In this document: positions 58,342-64,000 of the stretch, piece after piece | Layout: every line of letters begins with the position of its first letter | How positions within the stretch are numbered: position 1 is the first letter of the stretch | Assembly (NCBI GenBank): GCA_963696385.1 | Contig: CAVOKF010000005.1 | Coordinates: 1 to 64,000, forward strand | Length of the DNA stretch: 64,000 nt | Source: an uncultured delta proteobacterium | Lineage (GTDB): Bacteria; Myxococcota_A; Polyangia; Polyangiales; Polyangiaceae | Direction: 5' to 3' | Program-made: the position numbers and the translations under genes | Notes under the pieces: model-generated | Seen by the model: only the letters and a program-made list of their open reading frames with translations | Told to the model about the DNA's origin: nothing | Database searches by the model: none

Positions 58342-59367
58342 TCAAGTCGAGCGAATTGGCGCCGTCTCACTTGCTGCCGGGCCCGTGAGCTCGCGTCGCG
58401 TCAAGGCGGCAACGAGCACGCAAATGCCCGCCATCGTAAGTTGGGCGACGTGCGCTACGAAGGCGATCGATAGAGCGCGTGCGGGTGCGTTGCTGAACCC
58501 AAGCGCCCCCGCGAACGTACCGTATGTACCGTCGGCAACGCCGAGCTGATTGGGAATGACATCGCCGATCGTGGCCCCCACCAAGTGGATGCCGTGGGCG
58601 ATGAAGGCGCCTCGGACATCGCCCATGCCGCCGACTGAGGACAACACGACGCCGTACTGGACGAGCTGGCCCGCCCGCGCAATCGAACATGCCACGGCGC
58701 TGCGCCAAGGCAACACGCTGCGAGTCGCAGGCTCGGACGCCGGGTGCGGTTCGCGCTCCCTTAGCCGGTGCCGGAGCAAGCCGGCGGTCCGATGGAACCA
58801 CCGCGCAAGTGGCCCCCCACGCGTGATCTTTAACAGCCCGGCAGCAATAGCGAACATGAGTGCGGCGTTCCCGGCAAGCAGGAGCGCCAACGGCGCGTGA
58901 ACCCCGAAGCTCCATGCGACGACGCCGAAGGCCGCTGCGGACGCAACGGCGATGGCAAAGACGTAAGCTGCTTGCAACTGCGCGCTCGCGTTCGCGGCCG
59001 CAGCTACTCCGATATGCTGAGAGATGAGCGTTGCCCGCGTTACTTCACCGGCGGCGCGCCCTGCGGGAAGGAGGACCATCATTGCGTACGCGATGGCGGA
59101 GGACCGGACCCAGGTCGACGCCGGCACCTTCGCCGACTGGCGCTGCAGCAATGAGCGGAGCGCGACCACGTCGCCCAAGAGCTGCGCCACCTCGAACGCG
59201 AGAATAGTCGGCATCCACGATCGCCCCTGCCACATCACGTGCGCGACCCGCTCCGGACCGGCGCCACGCACCAGGTACGCGAGGAGAACGAGTCCCGCGG
59301 CCGCCAGCAATGACCTGCCGACAGGGCCTCGGAAGGCGGCGATCACGACGCCTGTCGGCCTGCCCAT
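58342..59367 (-). CDS. Lysylphosphatidylglycerol-synthase-TM (UPF0104/flippase-like, HpnL-like) membrane protein
   Basis: LLPAGRAAGEVTRA; IPNQLGVADG; about 8 TM segments; alternative GTG start at 59346 overlaps the upstream stop. Confidence 0.7.
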   Translation of the reverse strand: MGRPTGVVIAAFRGPVGRSLLAAAGLVLLAYLVRGAGPERVAHVMWQGRSWMPTILAFEVAQLLGDVVALRSLLQRQSAKVPASTWVRSSAIAYAMMVLLPAGRAAGEVTRATLISQHIGVAAAANASAQLQAAYVFAIAVASAAAFGVVAWSFGVHAPLALLLAGNAALMFAIAAGLLKITRGGPLARWFHRTAGLLRHRLREREPHPASEPATRSVLPWRSAVACSIARAGQLVQYGVVLSSVGGMGDVRGAFIAHGIHLVGATIGDVIPNQLGVADGTYGTFAGALGFSNAPARALSIAFVAHVAQLTMAGICVLVAALTRRELTGPAASETAPIRST

Positions 59368-60701
59368 TCAGCGATAGCGTGGCGATGCCGCCAAACGCGC
59401 CGAAAGGCCTCGGCGTACCGGTCGACCGTATCGTCGGTTTGGGCGATTAGCGGACAAGACTGCGAAAAGAGCACAAGGGAGCCAGCCAAGAGGCTCCGCG
59501 TCCTCGGATACCGCTCGGGGTCGTAGTTGACGAGCAGGTCCGTACCGTCGCTATGGGATTGGGGAAATCCCGTGGACGAATCGCGCCGCTGAAAGACTGT
59601 TTGGGCGGGTAAGGGTCCCGATTGCCATTGGACTACTTCGAGCCCTTCTGCACGGAGTGCACGGGATACCGCGTCGCGAAAGAGCTCGGGCGGAACGTCG
59701 AGGCCTGCCCGCCTCGGATCGAGGTGGACTCGGAATTTGTGGTGCACAGAGCTGCGTCCAGGCGGAACATGCGGCGGCGTGACACCGTCCAGCTCGGACA
59801 AGGCCAGCGACAGCCGTTCGGCGTTTCGCTGACACCGTTCAGTTCGCTCCGGCAATTCGGCGAGCTGCGCTCGTGCGAAAGCCGCCATCATCTCGTTTCC
59901 GCGGTACATTGAGCCCACCCGACAAGAGTCCAGAGCTCGCAATCCGTCGAGCGGTCGACGCGGATCGTACCCCGCAGCCTCGCCGCGCGAGAGATCTTGC
60001 CCGAAGTTTCGCAGCGAATTCGCCTCCTCAGCGATCGATGCGCTGCTTGTCACCAGGATTCCCCCTTCGCCCGCCGGCAAATTTTTGCTTGATTGCAGCG
60101 AGAAGGCGCCGGCCGTAGCTATTGCGCCGACGCGCCGGCCCTCGAACTCGGCCCCATGGGCTTGGGCCGCATCTTCAATGACGAGTAAGTTGCATCTCCG
60201 CGCGACTCCCATCAGAGCGGCCATGTCGGCCGCGCAGCCGTGCATATGAACCGGCATGAGCGCCCGCGTCCTGGCAGTAACAGCGTCGGAGGCGGCGCCC
60301 GGATCGATGCACCCGGTGAGGGGATCCACGTCTGCGAACACCGGTACTGCGCCAACGTGGATCACGGCTAGAGGTGTAGCGACGAAGCTGTAGGCAGGAA
60401 CAATCACTTCGTCGCCCGCACGCACTCCGGCGGCCGCGAGGGCGATCGCGAGAGCGCTCGTTCCGCAATGTGTCAGCAGTGCGTATTTGACTTCTGCGAA
60501 CTGGGCGAATTCTGCTTCGAGAGCTATGGCTTCCGGAGCGAAGGGTCCCGAAAGGATGCCACGATCGAGAACTCGGGTGATGGCTCGTCGCTCGTTTTCG
60601 GTAATGAGCGGCCACAGCCGGTGCGCCTCTCTACCGATTACGGGAGTCCCTCCGAAGAGGGCGAGGTCGGCGGTGCGGGACGCGGTTCCCGCTAAGGTCA
60701 C
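59343..60701 (-). CDS. DegT/DnrJ/EryC1/StrS PLP aminotransferase (StsC/BtrR/MosB/RifK-like)
   Basis: LALFGGTPV; GTSAL; GDEVIVPAYSFVAT; IEDAAQAHGA; FSLQSSKNLPAGEGG (PLP Lys); GTG start overlaps the ino1 stop (GTGA). Confidence 0.9.
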   Translation of the reverse strand: MTLAGTASRTADLALFGGTPVIGREAHRLWPLITENERRAITRVLDRGILSGPFAPEAIALEAEFAQFAEVKYALLTHCGTSALAIALAAAGVRAGDEVIVPAYSFVATPLAVIHVGAVPVFADVDPLTGCIDPGAASDAVTARTRALMPVHMHGCAADMAALMGVARRCNLLVIEDAAQAHGAEFEGRRVGAIATAGAFSLQSSKNLPAGEGGILVTSSASIAEEANSLRNFGQDLSRGEAAGYDPRRPLDGLRALDSCRVGSMYRGNEMMAAFARAQLAELPERTERCQRNAERLSLALSELDGVTPPHVPPGRSSVHHKFRVHLDPRRAGLDVPPELFRDAVSRALRAEGLEVVQWQSGPLPAQTVFQRRDSSTGFPQSHSDGTDLLVNYDPERYPRTRSLLAGSLVLFSQSCPLIAQTDDTVDRYAEAFRRVWRHRHAIAEWAGRQAS

Positions 60702-61954
60702 TGCGTGGGCCCCAGGTGGGACTTGGCGCCGTTCGATTGCGAGAGTGCGCGGCTCGTCGCATGCGTCCGTGCCCACTCGAGCAGCAGCTTCTCCTGCTTG
60801 AAAAGGTCGTGGACCGGTGCCTCTCCGGGCGCATGGTACGGAGACTTGAAGAACATCGATAGCTGCCGCTGAATACCCCGTTCGCCCTGTCGTTTCGCGA
60901 CGTCGAGCAGGCGAACGAGATCGATAACGAGCGGTGCGGCGAGAGCCGAGTCCTGACACAGGAAGTTGACCTTGATCTGCATCGGGATTCCGGCAAAACC
61001 CACGATGTCGATGTTGTCCCACGCCTCTTTGGAGTCGCCGCGTGGCTTGTAATAGTGAATGTGAACTTGGTGATTGTCCACGTGGTAGCCCACGATCGAA
61101 TCGAGCACGGCGGCTTTGCTCATGACCTTCGTCTTGTTTGACGATGGCGCGTCGAGTGCCAACCCGTCGCTGTTGCCCAGGACGTTGGTCGAGTACCAGC
61201 CCTCGATGAAGAGCCGCCGCGCTCGGAACATGGATGCCAGCGCCGTTTTCAGCAGCGTCTGGCCGGTTTTCCCGTCCATGCCAGCAAATGGGTTCGCCAT
61301 CTCGTTTGCGTGCTGTTCGAGTGCCGGAACGTTGGTCAAGCTCGGTGTGAAGTTGCAGTACGGGATTTGGAGCTGGTTTGCCGCATAAAAATACCTCATC
61401 GCGGGCGAAATCTCCGGGTCACTCGTATCTAGACCCGCGTGGAACGCACGCAAGTCACGGTGCACGGGCTGTACTTCAAGGAAACGTTCGGTGGACGCGA
61501 GGTTGACCATCACGACGCGATCCAGGCCGTGCTCTTTCTTGAACGACTCCATCTGGCGTTGGACGATGGCGATCTGCTCGCGATGTGTGCTCGCGGCGAT
61601 GAGATTGCCGCCGTCGATGTTTTCGCAGTACGACCTTGCAAATACCGCTGGCCAGGGTCGCACTCGTTCCAGATCCGGGCGCACCTTTTCGAGTACGTGC
61701 TCGAGAAAGACCCCGTGATGGAGCGCGCCTTCATAGACGTTTGCATACTTGAGATCCCATCCTCCGAAGACGAGGTTCTCGAGTGGAGCGAAATCGAGAA
61801 GCTCGGTGATGGACTCGGCGATCCGCGCGTCAGTCCGCTCGGTGACCATCCCGATGCGCGGCACGATGCCACGTTTCATCAGTTCCACGCCGGCGATCAC
61901 GGTCGATGCGACGGCTCCGTTTACTCCAATGATGGCGACCCCGATCCGGTTCAT
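60698..61954 (-). CDS. ino1: Myo-inositol-1-phosphate (inositol-3-phosphate) synthase
   Basis: VFGGWD; NLASTE; DGKTGQT; WYSTNVLGNSDG; RGDSKEAWD; DSALAAP; FFKSP. Confidence 0.93.
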   Translation of the reverse strand: MNRIGVAIIGVNGAVASTVIAGVELMKRGIVPRIGMVTERTDARIAESITELLDFAPLENLVFGGWDLKYANVYEGALHHGVFLEHVLEKVRPDLERVRPWPAVFARSYCENIDGGNLIAASTHREQIAIVQRQMESFKKEHGLDRVVMVNLASTERFLEVQPVHRDLRAFHAGLDTSDPEISPAMRYFYAANQLQIPYCNFTPSLTNVPALEQHANEMANPFAGMDGKTGQTLLKTALASMFRARRLFIEGWYSTNVLGNSDGLALDAPSSNKTKVMSKAAVLDSIVGYHVDNHQVHIHYYKPRGDSKEAWDNIDIVGFAGIPMQIKVNFLCQDSALAAPLVIDLVRLLDVAKRQGERGIQRQLSMFFKSPYHAPGEAPVHDLFKQEKLLLEWARTHATSRALSQSNGAKSHLGPTQ

Positions 61955-61996
61955 GGCTACTTGCCTCGTGCGCGATGCTTGACGGGTCCGTGGCGC

Positions 61997-63649
61997 TTAT
62001 TGTGCCGCGTACTGCCAAAGCAGTTGTTTCTTCGTGTCGTCGATGATGCGCGGGAACTTGCCTTGCACGTTGCCGCCCGTAACCTGTGCGAGGAAGCGGC
62101 GCGCTCCACCGCTAGCGAGCAGCACAACGCGCGCAGGGAGCAAGGCGACGTCGTCCTGGCGGTGCTCGCGGTAAACGCGGTTCTGCATCCTCAGGCCCTC
62201 GTCGAAGGCGTTGGCGAACGCCCTGATGTCGCCGGGGGCGGCTCCTTGATGGAACTCGATGAACAAGATGTACCGACACTTCGCGCTGCCGTCGATACCG
62301 ACTTCCGCGCCGGCCCCGAAGTCGACCGCGGTGCCAGGATGGGCCGCGAGTGCATGAGTGACCGCCTGCTCGATTTCAACGTGGGTCGTAAGCTCTTGGG
62401 TCAACGAAAGGCACCCGGATAAGCGGCCTGCGAACTCGATGCGTAATGGATCGACCGACGCGAAGCGGACGATGTCCCCGAGCTCGTAGGCGTACAGGCC
62501 CGACGCCGTTGTGACCACGATGGAATACAGGCGATCGCGTTCGACGGACCACAGCGGAACACGAGCCGCGTCCGGGTCAGCGCGTCTCTCGATCGGAACG
62601 AACTCGAAGAATGTTCCGCGGTGCGGGATCATCAACATCCCGTCCGCTCCCGAGAAGTCGGACGCCGCGTAGACGCCACCTTCCGTGGCGTTGTACGTGT
62701 CGACCAGCGTGAAGTCGTTGCGCCCCATCAGCTCTCTAATGACGGGCAGATACGGCGCTGCAGCGACTCCCCCGCCGAAAAGGACTCGCAAGTTGGGCCA
62801 CACCTCAGTTATGCCTCGGACGTTTCGCCCGCGTGCGCGGGCTGCCGCTCGCACCTTCTCGAACAGGAGGCTGAACCAGCACGTTGTTCCGACGACCGCG
62901 CGCACGTCGTAATCAAGGTAGCGCGCGGCGATCACCGCGAGCTTCTCATCGTAGTGTTCAATCGTTCGCACGTCGCGCTCCGGTAAGTACACCGGTCGCG
63001 TCACGAGTGGCATCTTCGTCATCATGAGAGCCGGATTCGACGTTACGAGCGCCGGACCGTCCCTCCGCATCGTTGTTGGCGGAAAGAGGCCGAGCGTGAA
63101 GCCGCGGAAGAGGTCTGCATCTCGCGACCATCGCATATACCGCATCAGGGTGTCCGAGCCCGCGCGTTGCTGGAAGCGGATCTGGAGGTCCGTAATGGGT
63201 AAGAATTTGGACTTGCCGTCGCTTGAGCTCCCTGACGAATTGCCGAAATAGCGCACGGCGTCAGGGACGAGCACACCGCGTTCGCCCGCGCGCATGCGAT
63301 CGATGAGGGGCGAAAACGAGTCATAGTCACCCACTCGTACGCATCGAGCGAATGAATCGTAGTCACGGATGTGCGAAAATTCGTGCGCACGCCCGTACTC
63401 CGTTCGCGCTGCGCGACGGAGCAGCGACAGGAGAATAGTCTCTTGCGTCATTCGCACGTCTGCCAGTGCGGCGTCCCAGGCCTGCACCTGAAGACGCGCG
63501 ACGTGACGCAGCGCGTGGCCGAAAAACCTTGGGTAGGGGGATCGAACCAGCCTGCGCGCGTGGTTAGTTGACGCGGCTCCCTCGGCGCGGCCACCGTCGA
63601 CGCGCGCAGGTGCTTCTTGCGACAGCTCGTTCATCTGACGGGACGTCAT
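61997..63649 (-). CDS. GH3-family acyl-adenylate-forming amide ligase
   Basis: Motif I NSSGSSSDGKSKFLPIT; motif II DTYNATEG; FFEFVP; motif III GLYAYELGDIV; FAGR; N..Y..HR; QGKFPR. Confidence 0.88.
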   Translation of the reverse strand: MTSRQMNELSQEAPARVDGGRAEGAASTNHARRLVRSPYPRFFGHALRHVARLQVQAWDAALADVRMTQETILLSLLRRAARTEYGRAHEFSHIRDYDSFARCVRVGDYDSFSPLIDRMRAGERGVLVPDAVRYFGNSSGSSSDGKSKFLPITDLQIRFQQRAGSDTLMRYMRWSRDADLFRGFTLGLFPPTTMRRDGPALVTSNPALMMTKMPLVTRPVYLPERDVRTIEHYDEKLAVIAARYLDYDVRAVVGTTCWFSLLFEKVRAAARARGRNVRGITEVWPNLRVLFGGGVAAAPYLPVIRELMGRNDFTLVDTYNATEGGVYAASDFSGADGMLMIPHRGTFFEFVPIERRADPDAARVPLWSVERDRLYSIVVTTASGLYAYELGDIVRFASVDPLRIEFAGRLSGCLSLTQELTTHVEIEQAVTHALAAHPGTAVDFGAGAEVGIDGSAKCRYILFIEFHQGAAPGDIRAFANAFDEGLRMQNRVYREHRQDDVALLPARVVLLASGGARRFLAQVTGGNVQGKFPRIIDDTKKQLLWQYAAQ

Positions 63650-63677
63650 AGTCCCTGAGGTGACCGATGCTCAAGGA

Positions 63678-64000
63678 TCAAGCGCGGTCCAAAATACGTG
63701 ATGCTGCGTAATCGGCGAGCGTGACCACGGTGTCGATTGGGTTGAAACGTACGCAGCTCGGGAAGATCCTCGCGTCGCATACGAAGAGGTTGTCCACGCC
63801 ATGGATGGCCAAATCCGCTTCCACCGCGCGGACCTGCGGGTTGGACGAACAGGGGGTGCCTCCCTGCGGATGTGCGCAGAGCGCGCCGCGCCGAGTCGAT
63901 AGGATGGGCTCGTCGAGCATCGAGAGCCCCCTACGACGTCGCCCTGCACGGAAGGGGTGTCTGGAGAGCATCACGCTGCGAGCTCCGGACCCGGAGAAGG
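63678..64000 (-). CDS. GMC-family FAD oxidoreductase, C-terminal part (5' end outside the window)
   Basis: Frame is open to the window edge; AHPQGG...HGVDNLFVCDARIFPS..RFNP..TV..LA.YAA.RI is the GMC C-terminal signature. Confidence 0.75.
   Translation of the reverse strand, partial: FSGSGARSVMLSRHPFRAGRRRRGLSMLDEPILSTRRGALCAHPQGGTPCSSNPQVRAVEADLAIHGVDNLFVCDARIFPSCVRFNPIDTVVTLADYAASRILDRA

Noticed and set aside
60702..61022. N-terminal extension of the aminotransferase ORF (559-aa call)
   Set aside because: Overlaps ino1 in another frame; the GTG at 60701 overlapping the ino1 stop gives a normal DegT-family N-terminus.

Overview
High-GC bacterial chromosomal window, most likely Myxococcota/Polyangiaceae-like (inferred from the Hanks-type Ser/Thr kinase, GYF_2-domain protein, tandem-DsbA protein and stand-alone SctR/FliP gene). 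(1) Bases 1 to ~9.3 kb are the right end of an integrative, probably mobilisable element inserted at a tRNA-Arg(UCU). It carries a VirB1-like gene, two DUF3991/Toprim-type paralogues, a DUF2840-like gene, a Toprim plus DUF3987 replication pair, three iteron-like repeats, an excisionase and a tyrosine integrase. The integrase ORF reads through the tRNA on the antisense strand and lacks its first catalytic Arg. (2) ~10-58 kb is mostly core genome: a Clp ATPase, rsmG, an AmgK-like kinase, a GH35-like glycosidase, tRNA-Ala(CGC), a fliO-like/sctR pair, lysC, sdhC-ACT-sdhA-sdhB, nadE, hisIE, gltX, glnS, a pyruvoyl arginine decarboxylase, ccmB and an APC permease, plus one intact IS4-family element and two transposase remnants. 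(3) 58.3-64 kb is a tightly coupled minus-strand operon (GMC oxidoreductase, GH3 amide ligase, myo-inositol-phosphate synthase, StsC/MosB-like aminotransferase, LPG-synthase-TM membrane protein) that continues past the window edge. It is the best candidate for an undescribed system, a putative N-acyl-aminocyclitol (amino-inositol lipid or metabolite) pathway. All family calls come from motif recognition by eye; no database search was run.
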